Under the pieces are notes generated by a model that saw only the letters and a list, made by a program, of their open reading frames with translations, ran no database searches and was not told where the DNA came from. DNA of 64,000 bases from Candidatus Gygaella obscura (lineage in GTDB: Bacteria > Omnitrophota > Gorgyraeia > Gygaellales > Gygaellaceae): the NCBI GenBank assembly GCA_030765485.1, contig JAVCCR010000012.1, positions 43,679-107,678 of the forward strand, given 5' to 3'. Position numbers and translations under genes: made by a program. Shown here piece after piece: positions 21,373 through 30,353 of this stretch (position 1 is its first letter; each line of letters begins with the position of its first letter).

Positions 21373-21500
21373 TTTTCATAACCTCTTATTTAAGAACAGG
21401 TTGCAAGTGCACAAAGATTTTAAATAGAAATTACAGCTGTTTTTTTGACATTCTTCTTGACATTTATTCATTTTTATAGGTATATTAGTAATTATAATTA

Positions 21501-21516
21501 TGTTTCACGTGAAACA
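21501..21516. promoter_or_regulatory. parS centromere-like site 2 (identical palindrome TGTTTCACGTGAAACA), 15 nt upstream of the parA start
   Basis: Second exact copy of the same 16-mer. Confidence 0.8.
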
Positions 21517-21530
21517 TATGCATTTGAATA

Positions 21531-22364
21531 ATGGAAAAAATAATTGCAATCTGTAATCAAAAAGGCGGCACTGGTAAAACTACATCGGCAGTTAATATAA
21601 GCGCATTTTTAGCACTTGCTGGACGAAAGGTTTTATTGGTAGACTTGGATCCGCAGGCTAATGCAACAAGCGGCGCAGGTGTTGATAAAAAAAAGGTTGG
21701 GAAAAGCATTTATCACATTATTCTTGAGGATAGCGATCCAAAAGACGTGGTAAGAGAAACCGCAGTTAAAAACCTTTTTTTAATACCAGCCAATGTTGAT
21801 TTAACCGGAGCCGAAGTTGAACTGGTTTCGCAGATGAGTAGGGAAAACAGGTTGAAAAAAGCTTTTGTTTTACTTCAAGATGACTTTGATTTTATTATAA
21901 TTGATTGCCCGCCGTCACTAGGACTTTTGACAATAAACGCCTTGACCGCAGCAGATTCAGTTATTGTGCCCCTGCAGTGTGAGTATTATGCATTAGAGGG
22001 GCTGACCCAGTTGACAAACACCATAGAACTGGTAAGAGAAAATCTTAATCCTAACCTTAAGATAGAAGGGGTGTTGTTGACCATGGCGGACTTTAGGACT
22101 AATTTAACCAAAGAGGTCATACAGGAAGCACGCAATTTTTTCAAAGAAAAAGTTTACAAAACTGTTATTCCAAGAAATATACGTTTAAGCGAAGCGCCAA
22201 GTTTTGGTAAACCAATATTTTTATATGACAAAGATTCCATAGGCGCAAAAAAATACTGGGAGCTTTGCTGCGAAATGCTACATAACTCTTTGTCTGACAA
22301 TAGTTTACCTCAAATTGAAATAAATGAAAGAATTCAACCTTCAATCATAAAAGAAGGAGCGTAA
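21531..22364 (+). CDS. parA: Chromosome partitioning ATPase ParA/Soj
   Basis: Deviant Walker A KGGTGKTT, CPPSLG motif. 277 aa. Confidence 0.95.
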   Translation: MEKIIAICNQKGGTGKTTSAVNISAFLALAGRKVLLVDLDPQANATSGAGVDKKKVGKSIYHIILEDSDPKDVVRETAVKNLFLIPANVDLTGAEVELVSQMSRENRLKKAFVLLQDDFDFIIIDCPPSLGLLTINALTAADSVIVPLQCEYYALEGLTQLTNTIELVRENLNPNLKIEGVLLTMADFRTNLTKEVIQEARNFFKEKVYKTVIPRNIRLSEAPSFGKPIFLYDKDSIGAKKYWELCCEMLHNSLSDNSLPQIEINERIQPSIIKEGA

Positions 22365-22366
22365 AA

Positions 22367-23212
22367 ATGGAAAGAAAAGTTTTAGGAAAAGGCATTAATG
22401 CATTGATCCCTGGAAGCATCAAAAAAGAAGATGCAGGCGCAGTAAATATTGCCGTTAAATCAATCAGGCCTAACACAAACCAACCTAGGAGCGATTTTGA
22501 CGAACACAGGCTGGATGAGCTGGTTGCGTCAATAAAGGAAAAAGGATTTATTCAACCAGTAGTGGTGCGTAAATCTGCAGATGGTTTTGAGTTGATCGCC
22601 GGCGAACGTAGGTTGCGCGCAGCCAAGAAGTTAAGCTTGGAAACAATTCCAGCAGTGGTAAAGGATATAAGCGACAGGGCTTCTTTAGAGCTTGCTTTAA
22701 TTGAGAATATCCAAAGAGACGATCTTAGCCCTTTGGAAGAAGCAAATGCTTATCGGATATTAGTTGATAAATTTCAGCTTAAACAAGAAGAAATCAGCAA
22801 AACCGTTGGTAAATCTAGACCCTATATTAGCAATATGCTTAGATTATTAAAACTTCCCAAAGAGGTTAAACAGGCAATCGGCAAAGGGCAGATTACATAC
22901 GGTCATGGGAAAGCACTGTTGGAGATTGAGAATATTGACGAACAAATAAAGTTACTTAAGCAGATAATAGCAATGTCGTTATCGGTTAGGGAGTTGGAGG
23001 GGATAGTATATCAAAAGCGCAAACCCAAACAGACAGACATAAAAAGAAAAAACATCCAGAATCCTGAAATAATACTTGTACAGGAGAAATTACAGCGTTA
23101 CTTAGGAACAAAGGTGAGAATCTCTTCAGGTAGAAAAAGAGGCGAGATAAAAATTGAGTACTATTCTTTAAATGATTTGCAGAGAGTCGTAAATTTAATT
23201 AGCAATAGATAA
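22367..23212 (+). CDS. parB: Chromosome partitioning protein ParB/Spo0J
   Basis: ParB box GERRLRAAK, HTH, C-terminal dimerisation region. Confidence 0.95.
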   Translation: MERKVLGKGINALIPGSIKKEDAGAVNIAVKSIRPNTNQPRSDFDEHRLDELVASIKEKGFIQPVVVRKSADGFELIAGERRLRAAKKLSLETIPAVVKDISDRASLELALIENIQRDDLSPLEEANAYRILVDKFQLKQEEISKTVGKSRPYISNMLRLLKLPKEVKQAIGKGQITYGHGKALLEIENIDEQIKLLKQIIAMSLSVRELEGIVYQKRKPKQTDIKRKNIQNPEIILVQEKLQRYLGTKVRISSGRKRGEIKIEYYSLNDLQRVVNLISNR

Positions 23213-23223
23213 GGAGAATATTT

Positions 23224-23727
23224 ATGCAGGAAGCAACATTGGTTTTGATTAAACCCGACGGGCTTAAAAAGTCTTTAACTGGCAATATCTTGACCCGGCT
23301 TTCTGAAACGAAATTTGAAATAGCCGCGGCAAAAATGGTTAGGGTATCTGAGAAGCTAGCCCGAGAGCATTATAAACACCTGCAGGATCAGCCGTTTTTT
23401 CCAGAGTTGATGGGATATCTTAAAGGCGATTTGCATGATCGCAAAAAAGTAATGGCTCTTGTTTATTGGGGGGAGGGATCGATAAAAAAATGTCGCCAGC
23501 TTGCCGGAGCGACTAACCCCGAAGAAGCAGAATCAACCTCTATTAGGGGCGCATACGGTAGGATTACGACAAAAGGACTTTATGAAAATGTTATTCATGT
23601 TTCTTCCAGTACTGATGAGGCGGAGAGAGAAATTAAGCTTTGGTTTTCGCCGGAAGAAATCATCTTTGATCTGTATCCTGCCAAAGAAGCGACAATAAAA
23701 GAAATAAAACAATTGGTCTGGGCATGA
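23224..23727 (+). CDS. ndk: Nucleoside diphosphate kinase (slightly divergent active-site neighbourhood)
   Basis: LIKPDG, NVIHVSSSTDEAEREIKLWF (canonical N.IHGSDS...AEKEI.LWF with catalytic His retained). Confidence 0.8.
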   Translation: MQEATLVLIKPDGLKKSLTGNILTRLSETKFEIAAAKMVRVSEKLAREHYKHLQDQPFFPELMGYLKGDLHDRKKVMALVYWGEGSIKKCRQLAGATNPEEAESTSIRGAYGRITTKGLYENVIHVSSSTDEAEREIKLWFSPEEIIFDLYPAKEATIKEIKQLVWA

Positions 23728-23740
23728 TAAGGAGAAATAT

Positions 23741-24571
23741 ATGTTAAGAAGCATGACTGCTTATGCCCACAAGGAGTTTAAAACCGGGTGGGGTAAAATT
23801 ATTGTTGAGATAAAATCTTTAAACCACAGGTTTTTAGATACGGTTTATCATTTTCCGCAAGGATTTTTATTTTTAGAGGAAACCGTATCCGGCCGGATAC
23901 GTTCAGCGCTTTCTCGTGGAAGAATAAATTATTATTTATCTTTTTCTCCAGGGCCTAAGGAAAATGTGGTTATACGAAAGGATTTAATCAAGAGTTATTT
24001 AAAACAGATGAAAAGCCTCTCAAAAATGGGGATTGAAAGCTTTACGGATGCACAGAGTATTTTACATCTTCCGGGAGTTCTTTCTTTGGAAATCGACGAT
24101 GTTTTTAAAAAAAGAGTAAAAAAAGAAGTAGGGAGATTGACTGAAGCGGCCCTGCGCGAGCTTATAGGTAAAAAAACCAAAGAAGGGACGAATACCCGTA
24201 GAGATATAGAACATATGCTTTCGAAGATGGTTTTATTGGTAAATGCTATATTTAAAAAAACCAAGATAAGTGTTAAGAAGTACAGAAATATAATTACCGA
24301 TAACGATCGTTTTAGCGAAAAACTTAACGCAATTGATGTGCACGAGGAGATTCAGCGACTTAGTTTTCATATAAAAAATACTAAACAGACATTGAGACGC
24401 AAGGTTTTTTTAAGCGGCACAGGTAAGGAACTAAGTTTTGTAACTCAGGAGATGCAGAGAGAGATAAATACTCTTGGAGCTAAGTGTGTGGATAAACAAA
24501 TTTCTTTGAAGGTGATAAAAGTAAAAAGCTTAATTGAAAAAATCCGTGAACAGCTGCAAAATGTTGAATAA
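23741..24571 (+). CDS. yicC: YicC-family (DUF1732) stress-induced protein / endoribonuclease
   Basis: MLRSMTAYAHKEFKTGWGKIIVEIKSLNHRFLD parallels the YicC N-terminus MIRSMTAYAR..W.LRSVNQRYLE. Confidence 0.8.
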   Translation: MLRSMTAYAHKEFKTGWGKIIVEIKSLNHRFLDTVYHFPQGFLFLEETVSGRIRSALSRGRINYYLSFSPGPKENVVIRKDLIKSYLKQMKSLSKMGIESFTDAQSILHLPGVLSLEIDDVFKKRVKKEVGRLTEAALRELIGKKTKEGTNTRRDIEHMLSKMVLLVNAIFKKTKISVKKYRNIITDNDRFSEKLNAIDVHEEIQRLSFHIKNTKQTLRRKVFLSGTGKELSFVTQEMQREINTLGAKCVDKQISLKVIKVKSLIEKIREQLQNVE

Positions 24572-25154
24572 GAAAAGAACAGGTTTGATTTTTGTGGTTT
24601 CTGGGCCATCAGGTTCTGGCAAAACCACGCTTATTAAAAAACTAATTGTAAGCAAGGGTTTTAAGAAAATAAAAAAGACGGTTTCGTTTACCACTAGACC
24701 CAGGCGAACGAATGAAAGACAATTTAGAGATTACGACTTTATAAGCAAGACAGAGTTTAAGAAAAAACTAAAAAATAATGAAATTATTGAATATACAAAA
24801 TATCTTGATTTTTTTTACGGGACAAGTAAAGATAGGCTCAATAAAATTATAGAAAAAGGCAATTATGCAATTCTTTGTTTGGATACCCGCGGCGCCTTTA
24901 ATATTAAAAAAGGATATGGTAAAAAAAGCGCTTTAATTTTTATCTTGCCACCTTCAGAAAATGCGCTAAAATTAAGATTAAATTTTCGCAGACGTGATAC
25001 AAAAAAAGAACTTAAAAAGAGGCTTGGAATTGCACAACAAGAGATCGCAGTTTCTAATAAGTTTGATCATACGATAATTAATGATAAGCTACACATAGCG
25101 CTTAAGGAAATGAAAGACATAGTAAGCGATTATTTAAAAAGGAGAGAAAAATAA
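24561..25154 (+). CDS. gmk: Guanylate kinase. ORF begins at 24534; MLNKK at 24561 is the likelier start.
   Basis: P-loop GPSGSGKTTL, GMP-binding region. Conserved gmk-rpoZ-coaBC order. Confidence 0.9.
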   Translation: MLNKKRTGLIFVVSGPSGSGKTTLIKKLIVSKGFKKIKKTVSFTTRPRRTNERQFRDYDFISKTEFKKKLKNNEIIEYTKYLDFFYGTSKDRLNKIIEKGNYAILCLDTRGAFNIKKGYGKKSALIFILPPSENALKLRLNFRRRDTKKELKKRLGIAQQEIAVSNKFDHTIINDKLHIALKEMKDIVSDYLKRREK

Positions 25155-25155
25155 T

Positions 25156-25374
25156 ATGGTTACTGCACTGGAGAATTTATTAGATAAAGCAAACGGGTCT
25201 GTTTATAAGCTTGTAGTAATGGCGGCTAAAAGAGCTTTAGAGATTGCTGAGGGTTCTGCGAAATTGGTAGAGGTTGGTCCCGAGGAAAAACCTACAAGCG
25301 TAGCCTTAAAGGAAATTGCCCAAGGTAAGGTTTTTTGTCGCGTGCCAAAACCAGGGAAAGATAAAAAATCATAA
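25156..25374 (+). CDS. rpoZ: DNA-directed RNA polymerase subunit omega
   Basis: 72 aa. YKLVVMAAKRALEI matches the RpoZ helix. Location after gmk. Confidence 0.8.
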   Translation: MVTALENLLDKANGSVYKLVVMAAKRALEIAEGSAKLVEVGPEEKPTSVALKEIAQGKVFCRVPKPGKDKKS

Positions 25375-25920
25375 ATGGAAAAGGATAAGAAAACAATTAT
25401 TTTAGGTGTAACTGCGAGCATCGCAGCGTATAAAAGCCTGGATTTGGTTTCTAGGTTTAAACGCAGTGGCTATAATGTAGTTGTGGTTATGACTAAAGAT
25501 AGTCTTAATTTTGTAGGTGCGTTAAGTTTTCAGGCGCTTTCTGGTAACAATGTGCATACAGATTTGTTTTGTTCTCCCAGGGGTTATAATGCAGAGCATA
25601 TATCCTTATCCCAGCAGGCAGATTTAATATTGGTCTGCCCGGCTAGCTGCAATATTTTAGCAAAAGTTGCAGGAGGATTATGCGACGATCTGTTAAGTGC
25701 TATTATCTGTGCAACTGATTCGTCAGTAGTGTTTGCTCCGGCAATGAACGACAAGATGTTTAATAATAAGATAACGCAAGACAATATCGAAAAATTAAAA
25801 AGTTTGAAGTATGGTTTTATCGGTCCGGCAATCGGCAGGCTTGCCTGCAGTAGAGATGGTGTTGGGCGTTTGGAAAACATAAATTTGATTGAAGCAGAAG
25901 TAAAAAAAATATTAGGTTAA
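25375..25920 (+). CDS. coaC: Phosphopantothenoylcysteine decarboxylase (flavoprotein, CoaC domain only; no fused CoaB domain)
   Basis: IILGVTASIAAYKSLDLVSRFKRSGYNVVVVMTKDSLNFV flavoprotein fold. 181 aa. Confidence 0.8.
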   Translation: MEKDKKTIILGVTASIAAYKSLDLVSRFKRSGYNVVVVMTKDSLNFVGALSFQALSGNNVHTDLFCSPRGYNAEHISLSQQADLILVCPASCNILAKVAGGLCDDLLSAIICATDSSVVFAPAMNDKMFNNKITQDNIEKLKSLKYGFIGPAIGRLACSRDGVGRLENINLIEAEVKKILG

Positions 25921-25924
25921 GTTT

Positions 25925-25996
25925 GGCGTGGTAGCCAAGTGGTAAGGCAGCGGTCTGCAAAATCGCTATTCACCGGTTCAAGTCCGGTCCACGCCT
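25925..25996 (+). tRNA. tRNA-Cys (GCA)
   Basis: Acceptor GGCGTGG/CCACGCC, anticodon loop CTGCAAA, T-loop GGTTCAAGTCC. Confidence 0.85.
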
Positions 25997-26008
25997 TTTG
26001 ATAGAATA

Positions 26009-26091
26009 GGGCAAGTGGTGGAATGGTATACACGATGGACTTAAAATCCATTGGTCGCAAGATCGTGAGGGTTCGACTCCCTCCTTGCCCA
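26009..26091 (+). tRNA. tRNA-Leu (UAA), class II with long variable arm
   Basis: Acceptor GGGCAAG/CTTGCCC, anticodon loop CTTAAAA, extra arm GGTCGCAAGATCG. Confidence 0.85.
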
Positions 26092-26100
26092 AAAAGCAGT

Positions 26101-26177
26101 GGGCTCATAGCTCAGTTGGTTAGAGCGTTTGCTTGACATGCAAAAGGTCAGAGGTTCAAGTCCTCTTGGGCCCACCA
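26101..26177 (+). tRNA. tRNA-Val (GAC) with encoded CCA
   Basis: Acceptor GGGCTCA/TGGGCCC, anticodon loop TTGACAT, T-loop GGTTCAAGTCC, then CCA. Confidence 0.85.
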
Positions 26178-26189
26178 TTATAATTTGAT

Positions 26190-27914
26190 ATGGAAAAAAA
26201 TATAGAGATTCTTAGACATTCGTGTTCACATATTATGGCTTCCGCTGTAAAACAGCTGTGGCCGGACACCAAACTCGGAATAGGTCCTGCAATAGAGAGT
26301 GGTTTTTATTATGATTTTGATAAAAAAGAACCGTTTACCGAAGATGACCTTGTTTTGATAGAAAGCAAGATGAAGGAAATTATTAAAAAAGATTTTCCTT
26401 TTGTGCGGAAAGAGTTTTCCAAAGATGAAGCGATAAAATTGTTGATTGAAAAAAAGGAAGATTACAAGCTGGGATTGGTTAAAGAAATACTCGATGAAAA
26501 GGTTTCTTTTTACAGGACAGGGGATGATTTTATTGATCTTTGCCGCGGTCCTCATATTGATTCGACCGGAGAAGTTAAGTTTTTTAAGCTTCTTTCTGTT
26601 GCCGGGGCCTATTGGCATGGCATTGAAACTAATCCTATGCTGCAGAGGATTTACGGAGCATGTTTTGTTGCCAAAAAAGAACTTGATATTTATTTAAAAT
26701 CCATAGAGGAGGCTAAAAAAAGAGATCATCGAAAACTCGGCCCTAGTTTAGAGTTGTTTGATATATATCATCAAGAGGCTGGTTCAGGCCTGGTGTTTTA
26801 TTTTCCCAGAGGAGCAATGCTTAGAAATATAATTGAAGATTATGAAAAAAAAGAACATATTAAAAGAGGCTACGATATAGTTATAACGCCCCATATTATG
26901 CAATCTGGTCTTTGGAAAAAAAGCGGTCACTACGATTATTATAAGGAAAATATGTATACCTTTAACGTTGATGACAAGGAATTTGTTTTAAAGCCGATGA
27001 ATTGTCCAGGGCATATGCTGATTTACCAATCGAAACTAAGAAGCTATCGAGAATTTCCTTTAAGGCTTTTTGAGCTGGGTACAGTTTATCGCTATGAAAA
27101 AACAGGTGTTTTGCATGGACTTCTTCGCGTGAGGGGTTTTACCCAAGACGATGCGCATATATTCTGCAAAAGAGAACAGCTTAATGATGAAGTTATGGCA
27201 GTACTTGATTTTGTTGAAGACGTGCTGGCAGATTTTGGTTTTAAAGACTATAGTGCAGAATTGAGTACGCGTCCGGAAAAATATATTGGCGACGATAGCG
27301 ATTGGCAGATGGCCACAGATATATTGAAAAAAGCCTTGGAGGGCAAGAAATGGCTTTTTGATATAAACGAAGGAGAAGGAGCTTTTTACGGTCCTAAAAT
27401 CGATATAAAATTAAAAGATGCGCTTGGCCGTAGCTGGCAGTGCGCAACAATTCAGTGTGATTTTGCATTGCCGAAAAGATTTAATCTTCGTTATACTGAT
27501 ACTGACGGTAAGCAAAAACAGCCGATTATGATTCACCGGGTTATCTTAGGTAGCATTGAACGTTTTATCGGCACTTTAGTTGAGCATTATGCAGGAAGTT
27601 TTCCAATATGGCTTGCTCCGGTTCAGGCAGCCATTATTCCTATAACTGATAAGCAGCTTGACTATGCAAAAGATATCGAAAAAGAATTAAAAGCTGCAGG
27701 CATGCGCTGTCTGCTTGATGAAAGCAACGAAACCTTAAATAAAAAGGTGAGAAAATCAGAACTAGCAAAAATTCCTTATTTGTTGGTTTTAGGTGAAAGA
27801 GAGAGGGAAAATAAAAATATTTCCGTAAGGCAAAAAAAATCAAAGGCAGTAAGCTCTATGAATGTGAAAGATTTTATAACAAGAATAAAAGAAGAGATTG
27901 AAAACAAACAATAA
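26190..27914 (+). CDS. thrS: Threonyl-tRNA synthetase (lacks the N-terminal TGS/N1 domain; begins in the editing domain)
   Basis: RHSCSHIMASAVKQLWPDTKLGIGPAIESGFYYDF (editing domain), class II motifs, C-terminal anticodon-binding domain. Confidence 0.97.
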   Translation: MEKNIEILRHSCSHIMASAVKQLWPDTKLGIGPAIESGFYYDFDKKEPFTEDDLVLIESKMKEIIKKDFPFVRKEFSKDEAIKLLIEKKEDYKLGLVKEILDEKVSFYRTGDDFIDLCRGPHIDSTGEVKFFKLLSVAGAYWHGIETNPMLQRIYGACFVAKKELDIYLKSIEEAKKRDHRKLGPSLELFDIYHQEAGSGLVFYFPRGAMLRNIIEDYEKKEHIKRGYDIVITPHIMQSGLWKKSGHYDYYKENMYTFNVDDKEFVLKPMNCPGHMLIYQSKLRSYREFPLRLFELGTVYRYEKTGVLHGLLRVRGFTQDDAHIFCKREQLNDEVMAVLDFVEDVLADFGFKDYSAELSTRPEKYIGDDSDWQMATDILKKALEGKKWLFDINEGEGAFYGPKIDIKLKDALGRSWQCATIQCDFALPKRFNLRYTDTDGKQKQPIMIHRVILGSIERFIGTLVEHYAGSFPIWLAPVQAAIIPITDKQLDYAKDIEKELKAAGMRCLLDESNETLNKKVRKSELAKIPYLLVLGERERENKNISVRQKKSKAVSSMNVKDFITRIKEEIENKQ

Positions 27915-27924
27915 CTATTAGGGG

Positions 27925-28443
27925 GTGGTTTTTATAAAAAAGTTTATTAGAGTAAACGAAAGAATAAGAGCGAAGGAAGTAAGGCTTATTGATCACGAAG
28001 GTACACAGTTAGGCGTTCTTCCTGTGTTTAAAGCCAATGAACTGGCCAAGCAGAATGAGCTAGATTTGGTTGAGGTAGCGCCTGAGGCTAATCCGCCCGT
28101 GTGTAAAATCATGGATTTTAGTAAATATAAATATGAAGAAGAAAAAAAGGAACGTTTGGCTAAAAAAAATCAGCATCAGACACAGCTTAAAGAAATAAGA
28201 CTTCGCCCTCACATAGAAGAACACGATTATCAGGTAAAATTCAAGCAACTAGATAGTTTTCTAAAGCATAAGCACAAAATAAAAGTATCCATGCGTTTCA
28301 GGGGCCGGGAGATGGCACATGTTGAATTAGGTAAAGAGATAATAGATAGGCTTATAAAAGATGTTGGAGAGAGGGCGCAGATTGAAAAACTACCTGCCTT
28401 TGAAGGTCGGATTATCAGCATGGTAGTTGCTCCGAATAAATAA
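27925..28443 (+). CDS. infC: Translation initiation factor IF-3 (non-AUG start; GTG at 27925)
   Basis: IRAKEVRLIDHEGTQLGVL...PPVCKIMDFSKYKYEE typical IF3. thrS-infC-rpmI-rplT operon. Confidence 0.95.
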   Translation: MVFIKKFIRVNERIRAKEVRLIDHEGTQLGVLPVFKANELAKQNELDLVEVAPEANPPVCKIMDFSKYKYEEEKKERLAKKNQHQTQLKEIRLRPHIEEHDYQVKFKQLDSFLKHKHKIKVSMRFRGREMAHVELGKEIIDRLIKDVGERAQIEKLPAFEGRIISMVVAPNK

Positions 28444-28460
28444 AAAGAGGGAAGGAAGAA

Positions 28461-28655
28461 ATGAAAAAACTTAAGACGAAAAAAGCAGCTAAAAAAAGGT
28501 TTAAGCTAACAAAGAAAAAAGTAAAGCATCACAAGGCAGGCAAAGGGCATATTCTTACTAAAAAGAAGAATAAAAGAAAAAGGAATTTAAGAAGAACAGC
28601 TTCTTTAAGTGGAGATAATGTAAAAATGATAAGGAGGGTTTTACCGTATGGCTAG
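28461..28655 (+). CDS. rpmI: 50S ribosomal protein L35
   Basis: MKKLKTKKAAKKRFKLTKKKVKHHKAGKGHILTKK... matches L35. Confidence 0.9.
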   Translation: MKKLKTKKAAKKRFKLTKKKVKHHKAGKGHILTKKKNKRKRNLRRTASLSGDNVKMIRRVLPYG

Positions 28656-28998
28656 AGTTAAACATGCTAAATCATCGCATAAAAGAAAAAAGAAAGTATT
28701 AAAAAAAGCAAAAGGGTATTGGTTAGACAGGTCTAAGCGTTTTCGACACGCCAAAGAGGCAGTAATGAAGGCCTTGGTCTATGCCTACAGAGACAGAAAA
28801 GTAAAGAAGCGAGAAATACGCGCTTTATGGATTGCAAGAATTAATGCGGCCTGCAAAGAAAACGGTTTGACTTACAATAAGTTTATTAAAGGGCTTAAAA
28901 GTTCAAAGATTGCCTTGGATAGAAAGATTCTTGCTGATATTGCGGTAAATGATCCCAAGGTGTTCAGCGTTATTGTTAAGCAGGCAAAAAATAGCTAA
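28648..28998 (+). CDS. rplT: 50S ribosomal protein L20
   Basis: MARVKHAKSSHKRKKKVLKKAKGY...ALVYAYRDRKVKKREIRALWIARINAA canonical L20. Confidence 0.95.
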   Translation: MARVKHAKSSHKRKKKVLKKAKGYWLDRSKRFRHAKEAVMKALVYAYRDRKVKKREIRALWIARINAACKENGLTYNKFIKGLKSSKIALDRKILADIAVNDPKVFSVIVKQAKNS

Positions 28999-29012
28999 AA
29001 AAGAGGCGCAAT

Positions 29013-29672
29013 ATGTATATCATAATTGTTGGCTGTGGCAGAGTTGGAAGCGAGCTAGCAAGGCTTCTGTCTTGTGAGGGGCACAATGTAGTCGTAGTTG
29101 ATAAAAACTCTACTGCCTTTGAAAGATTGGGCGGTGCATTTAACGGCTTAAGTCTTACCGGTAATGCCTTGGATGTTGATTTATTGAAAAGCGCAGGCAT
29201 AGAAAAAGCAGATGTTTTATGTGCTCTCACCAACGGGGATAATACCAATTTAGTTATTGCTCAAATAGCAAAGAAGATATTTAAGGTAGCTAAGGTGTTA
29301 ACTAGGATTTATGATCCTTCCCGCGCACACATCTATAAAAGCCTGGGGCTTGATGTTATTAGTGGAACGCTTCTTTTTGCAAGTATGTTAAGGGATAAGA
29401 TTATAGAGAGCAGGCTTTCTAGTTTCTTTGTTGAAAATCCGGAAATGGCTGTTTTGGAAGTGTTGATAAAAGATAAGTTCGATGGGAAAAATGTAAAAGC
29501 AATAAATACTCCCGGTAAAAGTCTAGTAACTGCTGTTATAAAAAGTAATCCTGAAGCAAAGGAAAAAATCATTATACCCGACGATAGTACCAGCGTAGAA
29601 AAAGGCGATATCGTTTATCTGGCTGTTAAGATGAGGTTTCTTTCTGAAGTAAAGTCGGCGTTGGATATCTAA
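29013..29672 (+). CDS. ktrA: K+ transport regulatory subunit, TrkA/KtrA family (NAD-binding RCK N + C domains), paralog 1
   Basis: MYIIIVGCGRVGSELARLL Rossmann GxGxxG. 219 aa. Confidence 0.8.
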   Translation: MYIIIVGCGRVGSELARLLSCEGHNVVVVDKNSTAFERLGGAFNGLSLTGNALDVDLLKSAGIEKADVLCALTNGDNTNLVIAQIAKKIFKVAKVLTRIYDPSRAHIYKSLGLDVISGTLLFASMLRDKIIESRLSSFFVENPEMAVLEVLIKDKFDGKNVKAINTPGKSLVTAVIKSNPEAKEKIIIPDDSTSVEKGDIVYLAVKMRFLSEVKSALDI

Positions 29673-29687
29673 AATGCGAGGATTGAT

Positions 29688-30353
29688 ATGCATATTATAA
29701 TTGTTGGAGCGGGCAAAATCGGTTATTTTCTCGCCAAGAGGCTCTATGAAGATAAACATACGGTTGTTTTGGTTGAGAAAAATAAAACAATCTGCGAACA
29801 AATTGCCAAAGATATAAATATCCTTGTTATTCACGGAGATGGCTGCGATATGAATGTTTTAAATGATGCCGGTGCAGAGCGTTGTGATGTTGTAGCCGCA
29901 GTTACCGGAGAAGACGAGGATAATTTGATAATCTCACAATTAGCAAAGGAAAAATTTAATGTTTCCCGTACTGTCGCTAGAGTTAATGATTCCAAAAATG
30001 AAAAAATATTCTCCGAACTCGGAGTCGATGTTCCAGTCGATGCAACCAGTATTATTGCTCAAATCATAGAAGAAGAAGTTTCTTTTTCCGATCTAGTTAC
30101 TTTGATGAGTTTTAAACGGGGGAAACTTTCTATAGTAAGAGTAGATCTACCGAAAGACTCACCGATTATTAATAAAAAAATTCAGGAAATAAGTCTGCCT
30201 GCAGATTCTGTTTTGGTAACTATTATAAGAGGAGATGAGGTTATTGTTCCTAAGGGCAATACGATTTTAAAAGCCATGGATGATATTGTCGCCCTTACTT
30301 TGATAGAGAACGAAAAAAAGCTACTTAATATGTTTATTGGTAAAAATGTATGA
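29688..30353 (+). CDS. ktrA: K+ transport regulatory subunit, TrkA/KtrA family, paralog 2
   Basis: MHIIIVGAGKIGYFLAKRL. 221 aa. Tandem with paralog 1. Confidence 0.8.
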   Translation: MHIIIVGAGKIGYFLAKRLYEDKHTVVLVEKNKTICEQIAKDINILVIHGDGCDMNVLNDAGAERCDVVAAVTGEDEDNLIISQLAKEKFNVSRTVARVNDSKNEKIFSELGVDVPVDATSIIAQIIEEEVSFSDLVTLMSFKRGKLSIVRVDLPKDSPIINKKIQEISLPADSVLVTIIRGDEVIVPKGNTILKAMDDIVALTLIENEKKLLNMFIGKNV

